Assembly (NCBI GenBank): GCA_910587915.1
Contig: CAJUOB010000008.1
Location: 12,099 to 76,098, forward strand
DNA from: an uncultured Muribaculaceae bacterium
GTDB taxonomy: Bacteria; Bacteroidota; Bacteroidia; Bacteroidales; Muribaculaceae
Reading direction: 5' to 3'
Length of the DNA stretch: 64,000 nucleotides
Below the pieces are notes generated by a model. The model had not been told where the DNA came from. It saw only the letters and a list, made by a program, of their open reading frames with translations, and did no database searches. Positions 39,166 to 48,206 of this stretch are shown here, one piece after another. Numbering within the stretch: the stretch's first letter is position 1; every line of letters begins with the position of its first letter. Made by a program: the position numbers and the translations under genes.

Positions 39166-40041
39166 TTATTCGGGATCGATGTCGAGAACTTCAACATCGA
39201 ACACGAGCATCTCGTTAGGACCGATACCGGCAGCAGGCTGGCCGTTGGCACCATAAGCAAGTTCGCCGGGAATGTAGAGAGTAGCGCGACCGGTCTTGCC
39301 AAGAAGCATGATACCTTCGCGGAATCCGGGCACTACACCCTGAAGATTGAAAGTAGCAGGTTCGCGGCCATCGGTGCTGTCGAACACATCGCCATTGAGA
39401 TGACGGCCGGTATAGTTCACAACCACGGTCGAGTTTTCCTTAGCCTTCTCGCCCTGGCCTTCGTCTTCGATCTTGTAGGCGAGGCCCGATGCAGTAGTCT
39501 TCACAGAGCTGTCCTTAGCCTGAAGATCGGCTACATAAGCATTGCCGGCCTTCACGTTCTCCACAGCCTCGGGAGCCTCGGCTTTCTTAGCAGCCTCTGC
39601 AGCGGCAGCTTCCTCACGGGCGTTGCCAATGAGACGCTGCAGGTTCTGCTGAGCATACTGAGCGTCCATACCATTGATGCTATCCGAGAAGAATGCCTTC
39701 TTGAATGCTGTCATAGCCATAGCGCGGTCGATATGTGCACCCTGAGCTTCGAGTTGATCGATTTCACCAAGCATCTGGAGAGCAACCTGCATACCCATCT
39801 GGGTATTGCGGTCCTCATCGGCACCGAATACAATCTGCATGCCGCGCACAAATTCCTTCTTCTGCTTGTCGGCATTTTCCTTATTCTGGAAATCCATGCC
39901 AAGCACAGATCCTACATAGTCGCCATAAGCCACCGAAAGTGAATCGCTGGTAGGGGTCGAGCACGAGCCGTCGCCGCACTTACCGCACGACACGGTAGCG
40001 AGAGCCATAACGGCACATGCGCCAAGAATTAATTTCTTCAT
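39166..40041 (-). CDS. FKBP-type peptidyl-prolyl isomerase (lipoprotein)
   Basis: Lipobox TVSC; TASGLAY, VNYTG, VFDS, VVPGFREG, IPGELAYG. Confidence 0.93.
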   Translation of the reverse strand: MKKLILGACAVMALATVSCGKCGDGSCSTPTSDSLSVAYGDYVGSVLGMDFQNKENADKQKKEFVRGMQIVFGADEDRNTQMGMQVALQMLGEIDQLEAQGAHIDRAMAMTAFKKAFFSDSINGMDAQYAQQNLQRLIGNAREEAAAAEAAKKAEAPEAVENVKAGNAYVADLQAKDSSVKTTASGLAYKIEDEGQGEKAKENSTVVVNYTGRHLNGDVFDSTDGREPATFNLQGVVPGFREGIMLLGKTGRATLYIPGELAYGANGQPAAGIGPNEMLVFDVEVLDIDPE

Positions 40042-40076
40042 ATCTGTCTGTTTAAATATTTATTTCTGTTTTATTA

Positions 40077-40748
40077 TCAAGGAAGTATATCCACCAACTC
40101 GACGTCGAAACGAAGAGGAGTATCAGGCGGAATAACCCCGCCGGCACCCTGTGCGCCATAGGCGAGAGCCGCCGGAATGGTGAGTATATAGTTGCCTCCG
40201 GCCTGCATCATGCAGATACCTTCGGTCATGCCGGGCACCAGTTGCGAAGGACGTGTTTCCATCGGCTCCTGCTCGGGAGTGATTTCGTCGAATACAGTGC
40301 CGTCGGGCAATACTCCGCGGTAGCGTATAAGCACTCGTGAATCAGCTGTTGCTTTGGGTCCGTTGCCTTCGGTCATAGTCTGGAATACAAGCCCCGAAGG
40401 TGTCACCACTGCGCCGGGGCGAGCTTTGGCCTCTGCCATAAAAGCATCGTTCACGCCGGCACGGGCATTGGCCACGGCAAGCATCACAGCATCGTAGGCC
40501 GCTGTGTGCTCAGCTCTGTCGTAGGGCGTGGCGAGGTCGGCACGCACCATATCCATCACGGCGGCGCTGTCGAGCGTCAGCCCCTGCGATGTAAGATCGC
40601 CCATAGCCTGCGCCATAGCCAATTTGAAGTTCGAGGCTATGAAAGCAGCCACCGCACGCTGGGTAGAATCAGCACCCGCCGTGGCGGCTCCCGCAGGGAG
40701 AACCGCAACTGCGAGTGCAAATATCATCGCTGCGAAAGCACGCATCAT
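40077..40748 (-). CDS. FKBP-type peptidyl-prolyl isomerase (secreted)
   Basis: Signal peptide; TPSGL, YRGVL, LVPGMTEG, IPAALAYG, FDVEL. Confidence 0.9.
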   Translation of the reverse strand: MMRAFAAMIFALAVAVLPAGAATAGADSTQRAVAAFIASNFKLAMAQAMGDLTSQGLTLDSAAVMDMVRADLATPYDRAEHTAAYDAVMLAVANARAGVNDAFMAEAKARPGAVVTPSGLVFQTMTEGNGPKATADSRVLIRYRGVLPDGTVFDEITPEQEPMETRPSQLVPGMTEGICMMQAGGNYILTIPAALAYGAQGAGGVIPPDTPLRFDVELVDILP

Positions 40749-41371
40749 TTACCCACTACCTCGATAAGGTTCACATCGAAGATAAGAGTCTGGTTCGGGC
40801 CAATTACGCCACCGGCACCATTGGGGCCATAAGCCAGGTCTGAGGGGATGTAGAGACGCCACTTCGAGCCGGCATTCATCAGCTGGAGTGCCTCTACCCA
40901 TCCGGGAATCACCTGAGTGACACCGAAGGTTGCGGGCTCGCCACGATCCTCGCTCGAATCGAACACTGTGCCGTCGATAAGCTTGCCGGTGTAGTGCACT
41001 GTCACCTGGTCGCCGGGACCGGGCTTCGGACCATTGCCCTGCTCTATCACTTCGTACTGAAGGCCCGAAGGCAATGTCTGCACCTCGGCACGCTTGCCAT
41101 TAGCCTCAAGGAACTCCTTGCCGCTCTTGGCATTGAGCTCGGCCATGGCCATGGCCTGTTCCTGCTGCTTCTTCTGCACCTCGGCAAAGTAAGTCTGTAC
41201 TTCGGTCTTGGCTTCGTCGATTGTCATTTTGGGAGCTTCACCATAGAACACGGCTGCTACACCGTCGGCGAAATCCTGTATGCTGAGCTTTTCCATGCCC
41301 ATGGCGCGGAAATTATGTCCCATGCTGAGCCCAAGGGCATAGCTGAGACGGTCGAATTCTTTTGTATCCAT
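40745..41371 (-). CDS. FKBP-type peptidyl-prolyl isomerase (FklB-like)
   Basis: SYALG dimerisation domain; LPSGLQY, VHYTG, VIPGWVE, IPSDLAYG. Confidence 0.95.
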   Translation of the reverse strand: MDTKEFDRLSYALGLSMGHNFRAMGMEKLSIQDFADGVAAVFYGEAPKMTIDEAKTEVQTYFAEVQKKQQEQAMAMAELNAKSGKEFLEANGKRAEVQTLPSGLQYEVIEQGNGPKPGPGDQVTVHYTGKLIDGTVFDSSEDRGEPATFGVTQVIPGWVEALQLMNAGSKWRLYIPSDLAYGPNGAGGVIGPNQTLIFDVNLIEVVGK

Positions 41372-41396
41372 GTTTGTGTTTTATGTATTTGAATTG

Positions 41397-41404
41397 CAAA
41401 GATA
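41397..41404 (-). promoter_or_regulatory. Sigma-A -7 element for the FKBP operon
   Basis: TATCTTTG on minus strand. Confidence 0.6.
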
Positions 41405-41541
41405 GTCTTTTTCAATCTATTTTCACCAATATACAACAAAAAAGGCCGCCCCATGGTTTTGACTTCGCGCCACATAGGTGCGACTCGCGCCAAAATGACG
41501 GCTTCGGGCCTCCGCAATGAGCGGAATTGCAGAAATTTTGC

Positions 41542-41549
41542 TAATTTTG
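41542..41549 (+). promoter_or_regulatory. Sigma-A -7 element for the DUF4199-GT2 operon
   Basis: TAATTTTG about 19 nt upstream of ATG. Confidence 0.6.
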
Positions 41550-41568
41550 TGGACTAAAGATAAATCAG

Positions 41569-42165
41569 ATGATCACACCTCAGCATAACAAGCCGGCAAG
41601 GGCCATCGTCAACGTCGCCGCAGAGAACGGCGCGGTCCTCGGCCTATATCTCATACTACTGGCCGTATTCACCGGCCTGAGTTCCAGTTTCGGGCTGGCA
41701 TCTTTGCTTGTATGGGCCGGAAGCATCTACCTGCCTTTCTACCTCTACCGCCAGATGCGCGCGCACCATGCCGAAAGCGGATTCTCGCTCTCGCTGGCCG
41801 AACTGTGGGCGCAGGCGCTCATGTCGTTCCTGCTCGCTGCATTGCTTCAGGCCGTGGCCGTGTATGTGCTGCTTAAGTTCGTCGCTCCCGACTTCGTGGC
41901 GTCCCAGATGCAGCTGGCCATCGACACTTTTGCCGCCACAGGCACGCCCGAAGGCGACATATGGGCCAAGACACTCACCGATCTGCGCAAAGCAAACGGC
42001 GTACCGTCGGCTGCCGATGTAGTGTCAAATCTTATAGTATTCAACATATTATGCGGAGCATTCATGGGCTTCTGCGATGCCCTGATTCTCCATGCCCGCT
42101 ACCGCTCCACCAAGCGGCGCCAACAGTACATGCAGTCGCATCCCGGCTCGCAAACACCTCAATAA
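41569..42165 (+). CDS. DUF4199-like membrane protein
   Basis: Four TM segments with YVLLKFVAPDF motif; sits upstream of a GT2 as is usual in Bacteroidales. Confidence 0.7.
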   Translation: MITPQHNKPARAIVNVAAENGAVLGLYLILLAVFTGLSSSFGLASLLVWAGSIYLPFYLYRQMRAHHAESGFSLSLAELWAQALMSFLLAALLQAVAVYVLLKFVAPDFVASQMQLAIDTFAATGTPEGDIWAKTLTDLRKANGVPSAADVVSNLIVFNILCGAFMGFCDALILHARYRSTKRRQQYMQSHPGSQTPQ

Positions 42166-42167
42166 CA

Positions 42168-43121
42168 ATGGACATATCGGTAGTAATACCTCTGTACAAC
42201 GAAGCTGAATCGCTGCCCGAACTGGCCGCGTGGATTGAGCGCGTGATGAGCGCCAATGGCTTCAGCTACGAAATAATTTTTGTAAACGACGGCTCCACCG
42301 ATGAATCGTGGGAGGTGATAAAGCATCTGCGCGACACCGACCCTGCGCATATACGGGGCGTGTCGTTCCGCCGGAACTACGGCAAAAGCCCGGCCCTGAA
42401 CACCGGCTTCGGCCTTGCTCAAGGCGATGTGGTAATCACAATGGATGCCGACCTGCAGGACAGCCCCGATGAAATACCCGAGCTATACCGCATGATTAGC
42501 AAGGACGGATACGACCTTGTGTCGGGATACAAAAAGAAACGGTACGACCCGCTGTCGAAAACAATACCCACAAAACTGTTCAACGCCACTGCCCGAAAGG
42601 TGAGCGGCATCCACAATCTCCACGATTTCAACTGTGGACTGAAAGCCTATCGCAAGGCCGTGGTGAAGCACATTGAGGTTTATGGCGACATGCACCGCTA
42701 CATACCCTATCTGGCCAAACTCGCCGGATTCCACCGCATAGGCGAGAAAGTGGTGCAACACCGGGCACGCAAATATGGCAAAACAAAATTCGGCCTCGAC
42801 CGTTTCGTAAACGGCTACCTCGACCTGGCCACACTATGGTTCACCGGAAAATTCGGCAAAAAGCCAATGCACCTTTTCGGACTGCTGGGCAGCCTCATGT
42901 TCTTCCTCGGTTTCATATCGGTGGCAGTGGTAGGAGGCATGAAGCTATGGCACATGCACTCTGGCGACCCCTATATTCTGGTCACAGACTCACCCTACTT
43001 CTACCTTGCACTGGTTCTAATGCTCCTCGGTAGCCAGCTTTTCCTCGCCGGATTCGTCGGCGAACTCGTGGTGCGCAACTCTCCCAAACGTAACGATTAC
43101 GAAATCGAGGAAACAATATAG
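42168..43121 (+). CDS. Glycosyltransferase family 2 (polyprenol-phosphate glycosyltransferase-like)
   Basis: ISVVIPLYNE, NDGSTD, RNYGKS, MDADLQD, two C-terminal TMs. Confidence 0.93.
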   Translation: MDISVVIPLYNEAESLPELAAWIERVMSANGFSYEIIFVNDGSTDESWEVIKHLRDTDPAHIRGVSFRRNYGKSPALNTGFGLAQGDVVITMDADLQDSPDEIPELYRMISKDGYDLVSGYKKKRYDPLSKTIPTKLFNATARKVSGIHNLHDFNCGLKAYRKAVVKHIEVYGDMHRYIPYLAKLAGFHRIGEKVVQHRARKYGKTKFGLDRFVNGYLDLATLWFTGKFGKKPMHLFGLLGSLMFFLGFISVAVVGGMKLWHMHSGDPYILVTDSPYFYLALVLMLLGSQLFLAGFVGELVVRNSPKRNDYEIEETI

Positions 43122-43144
43122 CTCAAGCAACAAGCCGTAAAACA

Positions 43145-43663
43145 ATGGATTTCAACGATATCATACATAGCCGGTATTCCTGCCGGGCTTATTCCCCCCA
43201 GGCTCCGACGCCCGAACAGATAGCCGCCCTTGTGGAGGCTGCACAACTCGCGCCCAGCGCCTGCAATCGCCAGCCCTGGCGGTTGGCCATCATAGGGCCC
43301 GATGATGAAGCCGGCCGACAGGCCATCGCCACAGCATACCCCCGCGAATGGGTCGCCTCGGCGCCTTGCTACATTGTGGTATGCTCCGTGCCAACCGAAG
43401 CATGGGTACGCCCGCACGACGGCAAGAACCACTCCGACATCGACATAGCCATCGCCACCGAGCATATATGCCTTGCCGCCACAGCCATGGGCCTGGCAAC
43501 CTGCTGGATATGCCACTTCGACCCCGCAAGGCTTACCGTAGACCTCGACCTGCCCAAAGGAACCGTTCCGGTGGTCATCCTTCCGGTGGGTTATCCGGCC
43601 GAAGGAAGTACAGTGCCGTCAAAGAATCGCAAGTCTACCGACGAAATCATTATCAAACGGTGA
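43145..43663 (+). CDS. Nitroreductase family protein
   Basis: RYSCRAY, APSACNRQPW and GLATCWI motifs. Confidence 0.92.
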   Translation: MDFNDIIHSRYSCRAYSPQAPTPEQIAALVEAAQLAPSACNRQPWRLAIIGPDDEAGRQAIATAYPREWVASAPCYIVVCSVPTEAWVRPHDGKNHSDIDIAIATEHICLAATAMGLATCWICHFDPARLTVDLDLPKGTVPVVILPVGYPAEGSTVPSKNRKSTDEIIIKR

Positions 43664-44247
43664 GAAAAACAGCAATAGCACTCTTCGCAGCCATAATAAT
43701 GGCCATTGCCGGTTGTAACACCACCGGATGTCTCGACAACCAGAGCGCACTGCCTCTGGCCGAACTTCGGTCGAGTACCACCGGATCGGCCATTTCCGTA
43801 CAGGGCCTGCGCATCAGCGGTGTCGGAGCGCCATCCGACAGCGCCCTCACATCGGGCAGCACTGCGGTTTCTACAGTATATCTGCCCATGCGCTCCAGCG
43901 AATCGTCCACATCGTGGTGCTTCCACTACACTCAGGAAGGGCTCGATGATCCGTCGCTCAACGACACCGTTACCTTCGGATACGAATCCATACCCTATTT
44001 CGCATCCGAAGAATGTGGCGCCATGTACTACTACCAGGTAAACCATGTGAGCACCACCACACATCTTATCGACTCAGTTGTGGTGGCCGACTCGCTTATA
44101 ACCAATGTCGAGGCTACACGCATCTACATATACTTCAAAACCGCCGAGGTGGAGCCCGACCAGCCCGACCAACCTGAAAACCCGGAGAATCCCGAGAACC
44201 CCGACGAACCGGAAATTCCTGAAAACCCAGAAAATCCTGAAGAATGA
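43660..44247 (+). CDS. DUF6452-like lipoprotein with acidic Pro-repeat tail
   Basis: GTG start overlapping the upstream stop; lipobox IAGC; FASEECG motif. Confidence 0.7.
   Translation: MRKTAIALFAAIIMAIAGCNTTGCLDNQSALPLAELRSSTTGSAISVQGLRISGVGAPSDSALTSGSTAVSTVYLPMRSSESSTSWCFHYTQEGLDDPSLNDTVTFGYESIPYFASEECGAMYYYQVNHVSTTTHLIDSVVVADSLITNVEATRIYIYFKTAEVEPDQPDQPENPENPENPDEPEIPENPENPEE
44152..44241 (+). repeat. Ten degenerate 9-bp units encoding xP(D/E) tripeptides
   Basis: EPD QPD QPE NPE NPE NPD EPE IPE NPE NPE. Confidence 0.9.
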
Positions 44248-45167
44248 GAACGATTATCGCCATACTTGCTTTTCTGGCAGTGCTATCCATCTCGGGACAG
44301 GACCGCAAACGCCGCATGACGCCACTCGACAATCCCGCCACAGCAACCCAGCCGATAAACGAAACGGCAAACGACACATCGCGCATAAATGCCAAACGCC
44401 GGGCCCAGTCGATACCCTACACCGACGACCGTGGTCGCACCATATTTGTCGACACTGTCACAGGACAGGAGTGGACCGACTCTACCGCTCTGAAAATCGT
44501 ACCCAAAATGGAGCAGCCGCTTTTCCACGCACTGAGCGCAGGCGTGAATATATGGGACCCCGTGATGCGCATATTCGGTCAGGACTATGGCATAGGCTCC
44601 GCATGGGTGGAACTTTCGCTCCACAACCGCTACAAGCCAATATTTGAGGTCGGACTCGGCACCGCATCTCACGAGGGGCCGAACAACAACTACCTCTACC
44701 GCTCGCCATTGAGCGTATTCTTCAAAATTGGAGCAAACTATAATTTCCTGTTCAATTCAAACCCCGACTATTCGCTCTATGCCGGTGTCCGCTATGGATT
44801 CTCGCCTTTCAGCTATGCCGTAGATAATGTGGTGCTCGATTCACCATATTGGGAGGAGACTTCGCGCTTCGACATTCCGTCGCAGCACGCCACAGCCGGA
44901 TGGTTCGAGATATGCCTCGGACTGAGAGTGAAAATATGGGGCCCAATATCGGCCGGATGGGAATTTAAATACCATTCTCTGGCACACTGTACCAAAGGCA
45001 CATATGGCGACGCATGGTACATCCCCGGCTATGGTACGCGAGGAAGCTCCATAACAGGCAGTTTCTCGGTGGTATACACCCTATCGCTATCGCATCTGAA
45101 CAAGAAAGCAGCTGCCGCCGTTATAGATTCAGACAACCAAGTGGAGGGTCTTCTTCCTCCCCCCTGA
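44244..45167 (+). CDS. DUF6048-like outer-membrane beta-barrel protein
   Basis: Signal peptide; amphipathic strands; WYIPGYG motif. Confidence 0.7.
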   Translation: MRTIIAILAFLAVLSISGQDRKRRMTPLDNPATATQPINETANDTSRINAKRRAQSIPYTDDRGRTIFVDTVTGQEWTDSTALKIVPKMEQPLFHALSAGVNIWDPVMRIFGQDYGIGSAWVELSLHNRYKPIFEVGLGTASHEGPNNNYLYRSPLSVFFKIGANYNFLFNSNPDYSLYAGVRYGFSPFSYAVDNVVLDSPYWEETSRFDIPSQHATAGWFEICLGLRVKIWGPISAGWEFKYHSLAHCTKGTYGDAWYIPGYGTRGSSITGSFSVVYTLSLSHLNKKAAAAVIDSDNQVEGLLPPP

Positions 45168-45169
45168 TT

Positions 45170-45913
45170 ATGAAGAAAATTATAATTATAGGAGCCTCTT
45201 CGGGCATGGGCATGCGTGTGGCCACCGACTTCGCACGCCTCGGATGGCGAGTAGGCATTGCCGCTCGTCGCGAAGACCGTCTCAAGGAAATAAAGGCACT
45301 CTACCCCGACCGGGTGGAATATATGGTGATGGACGTGGCAGCCCCCGATGCCGTCGACAAATTCTATAATCTCATCGAGCTTATCGACGGTATGGACTAC
45401 ATGCTCTATGCAGCCGGTTGCGGATGGTATAATCCTGCCCTCGATGAAAGCCGCGATGCCGAGACCATCGACGTGAATGTGAAAGGTTTCACCGCCATCA
45501 TTACAGCAGCCTACAAATACTACCGCGACACAGCAAACCTACATCGCGGCCATATTGCGGCAATCACATCCGTGGCAGGCATGAAAGGCATAGGCGTTTC
45601 GGCATCATACTCCGCATCCAAGCGCTACCAATGGACATTCCTGCAGGCCATCGACCAGCTCGCACACCAGCAGCATGTCAACGTATCCGTCACCGACATC
45701 CGTCCAGGCTTCGTCGACACACCACTCCTCGGCGCACATAAGAACTATCCCATGGAAATGAGCGTGGACTATGTAGCCCCTCGTCTCGAAACCGCCATGC
45801 TACGCGGAAAACGCGTGGCCTACATCGATTCACGATGGGCTGTTGTCACCGCACTGTGGCGCATGGTTCCCGACAGCCTCTGGCGCCGCATAGAGCTCAT
45901 CCGCGAAGAATAG
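45170..45913 (+). CDS. SDR family oxidoreductase
   Basis: IIGASSGMG, YSASK and DIRPGFVDT motifs. Confidence 0.92.
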   Translation: MKKIIIIGASSGMGMRVATDFARLGWRVGIAARREDRLKEIKALYPDRVEYMVMDVAAPDAVDKFYNLIELIDGMDYMLYAAGCGWYNPALDESRDAETIDVNVKGFTAIITAAYKYYRDTANLHRGHIAAITSVAGMKGIGVSASYSASKRYQWTFLQAIDQLAHQQHVNVSVTDIRPGFVDTPLLGAHKNYPMEMSVDYVAPRLETAMLRGKRVAYIDSRWAVVTALWRMVPDSLWRRIELIREE

Positions 45914-45980
45914 TCCATAACACACGCCCATAATGAGAGCAGCTTTCGTTTGAGTTCCAATTATTCGGCGACATCAGAAA

Positions 45981-46029
45981 GTTGCCGGAGGCAACGCCAT
46001 AATGAGAAAACCCCGGATGCAGTCCGGGG
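45981..46029. repeat. REP-like double-hairpin element
   Basis: gttgcc-gga-ggcaac and ccccgga-tgcag-tccgggg separated by 15 nt. Confidence 0.45.
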
Positions 46030-46080
46030 GAGGGACGGAGAGGCGATATTGTGATAAGCAGCCGATCCAGAAAAGACATA

Positions 46081-46109
46081 AAAAATGAGGGAATTTCTCC
46101 CTCATTTTT
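46081..46109. terminator. Bidirectional terminator between SDR and fabD
   Basis: aaaaatgaggga-atttc-tccctcattttt. Confidence 0.85.
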
Positions 46110-46161
46110 ATTTTAATGATGAACCATCAACATAATTCATCATCCATAAATCATAATTTTT

Positions 46162-47040
46162 TTACTGCATGCCGCTTACGGCTACCGAAGGATCGATTTT
46201 AGCAACAAGACCCTGGAGAACCTTACCCGGGCCGAGTTCTACAAACTCGGTGGCTCCGTCGGCAATCATATTGCGCACGGTCTGAGTCCAGCGCACCGGT
46301 GCGGTGAGCTGAGCCACAAGATTAGCCTTGATTTCAGCAGGATCGGTGTGGGGAAGAGCATCTACATTCTGGAATACCGGGCAGACAGGAGTGTGGAACT
46401 CAGTTGCCTCAATAGCAGCGGCAAGTTCGGCACGAGCCGGCTCCATGCAGGGCGAGTGGAATGCACCACCAACCTTGAGCTTGAGTGCACGCTTGGCACC
46501 GGCAGCCTTGAGGGCTTCGCAAGCGGCGTCGATAGCGGCTACCTCACCGGAGATAACAAGCTGGCCGGGGCAATTGTAGTTAGCGCAGACAACCACGCCG
46601 TCGATACCGGCGCAGATTTCTTCTACCTTCTCATCAGGAAGAGCGAGCACTGCAGCCATAGTCGACTCAGTGAGTTCGCAAGCCTTCTGCATGGCCTGGG
46701 CGCGGGCGCTTACCAGACGAAGACCATCCTCGAAGCTGAGCGCACCGGCAGCAACAAGCGCCGAGAATTCGCCAAGCGAGTGGCCTGCAACCATGTCGGG
46801 ACGGAACTCTTCGCCGAGGCTCTTGGCCAGAAGCACGCTGTGGATAAAGATAGCGGGCTGGGTAACGGCGGTCTTGCGGAGATCTTCGTCGGTACCGGCA
46901 AACATGAGGTCGGTTATGCTGAATCCGAGGATTTCGTTGGCTTTCTCGAAAAGCGCGCGGGCTTCGGCGTTGTTGTCGTAGAGCTCTTTGCCCATGCCGA
47001 CGAACTGCGCTCCCTGACCCGGGAATACATATGCTTTCAT
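46162..47040 (-). CDS. fabD: Malonyl CoA-ACP transacylase
   Basis: FPGQGAQ, TQPA, GHSLGE and GAFHS motifs. Confidence 0.97.
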   Translation of the reverse strand: MKAYVFPGQGAQFVGMGKELYDNNAEARALFEKANEILGFSITDLMFAGTDEDLRKTAVTQPAIFIHSVLLAKSLGEEFRPDMVAGHSLGEFSALVAAGALSFEDGLRLVSARAQAMQKACELTESTMAAVLALPDEKVEEICAGIDGVVVCANYNCPGQLVISGEVAAIDAACEALKAAGAKRALKLKVGGAFHSPCMEPARAELAAAIEATEFHTPVCPVFQNVDALPHTDPAEIKANLVAQLTAPVRWTQTVRNMIADGATEFVELGPGKVLQGLVAKIDPSVAVSGMQ

Positions 47041-47083
47041 TTCGGTGTGTATTGTAAACTAAATAAAATACCTTAAAAACTAC

Positions 47084-47091
47084 GCAAAGTT
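47084..47091 (-). promoter_or_regulatory. Sigma-A -7 element for fabD
   Basis: TAACTTTG on minus strand. Confidence 0.6.
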
Positions 47092-47144
47092 ATGAATTTC
47101 CGCTGAATTATCACTAACTTTACACTCAAATACCACCACAAACG

Positions 47145-47405
47145 ATGAACACAGCACTTATCATACCCCTTTTCATTGGCAACTTGAGAGGTTGGCAATT
47201 GATCATTGTCGTACTTGTCATCCTCCTGCTTTTCGGCGGCAAGAAAATTCCCGAACTCATGCAGGGTCTCGGCAAAGGCATACAGATGTTTAAGAAAGGA
47301 ATGGCCGACGCCAAAGCCGAACTCGAGAAGCCCATGGACGACGAGCCCAAAGGCAAATCTTCGGATTACACACACGACACACACACCGGAAAAGACCGCG
47401 ACTAA
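47145..47405 (+). CDS. tatA: Twin-arginine translocase TatA/TatE
   Basis: LLLFGGKKIPELMQGLGKGI motif. Confidence 0.95.
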   Translation: MNTALIIPLFIGNLRGWQLIIVVLVILLLFGGKKIPELMQGLGKGIQMFKKGMADAKAELEKPMDDEPKGKSSDYTHDTHTGKDRD

Positions 47406-47411
47406 ACCGGC

Positions 47412-48206
47412 ATGGCAGGTTCCGAAATGACATTCTGGGACCATCTCGATGATCTCAGACGCGTATTGTTCCGCGTTGTCATAGTGGTGATGGTGCTCGG
47501 CATAGGTGCTTTTGCCGCCATGCCGTGGCTATTCGAACATGTCATAATGGCTCCCTGCAGCCCTGCATTCCCCACCTACCGTCTTTTCGACCCCATAATC
47601 GACAGCGGTGCGGGCAACGAATTCAGCATCGACGTTGTAAGCCTCGAGCTCGCTTCGCAGCTATTTGTGCATATGTCGGCCGCCTGTTGGGTAGCGCTGG
47701 TAGTTGGCTTCCCCATTGTCATCTACCTTCTGTGGGGCTTTATATCGCCCGGACTCTACGACCACGAGAGGCGCGGCGCCACCCGCGCGTTCCTGTTCGG
47801 CAATGTCATGTTCTACCTTGGCGTGGCCATTGGCTATTTCATGGTCTTTCCAATCGCGCTGCGATTCCTGTCCGACTACCGCCTGAGCGATGCCATACGA
47901 CCCATCGTGTCGCTCGACTCCTACATGGACAATTTCTTCACCATTCTCCTCATGATGGGAGCCGTGTTCGAGTTGCCGCTCGTAGCATGGCTTCTGGGAA
48001 AGATGGGACTGCTGTCGCGTAGCTTTTTCAAGAAATACCGCCGTCACGCCATCGTGGCACTTCTGATTGTGGCGGCACTCATAACCCCCACGGGCGACCC
48101 CTTCACCTTATTTTTAGTATTCATACCTATCTATGCCCTGTGGGAAGGCAGCGCCCGCCTCGTGCCACCGGGCTCTACCGAAAAAAACGATGACCCGTCG
48201 ACTTAA
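47412..48206 (+). CDS. tatC: Twin-arginine translocase TatC
   Basis: MTFWDHLDDLR, FISPGLY, FELP, YRRHA and ITPTGD motifs. Confidence 0.95.
   Translation: MAGSEMTFWDHLDDLRRVLFRVVIVVMVLGIGAFAAMPWLFEHVIMAPCSPAFPTYRLFDPIIDSGAGNEFSIDVVSLELASQLFVHMSAACWVALVVGFPIVIYLLWGFISPGLYDHERRGATRAFLFGNVMFYLGVAIGYFMVFPIALRFLSDYRLSDAIRPIVSLDSYMDNFFTILLMMGAVFELPLVAWLLGKMGLLSRSFFKKYRRHAIVALLIVAALITPTGDPFTLFLVFIPIYALWEGSARLVPPGSTEKNDDPST

Noticed and set aside
45897..46079. 60-aa minus-strand ORF in the SDR-fabD gap
   Set aside because: Translation of the palindromic element; it lies beyond the fabD terminator with no promoter evident
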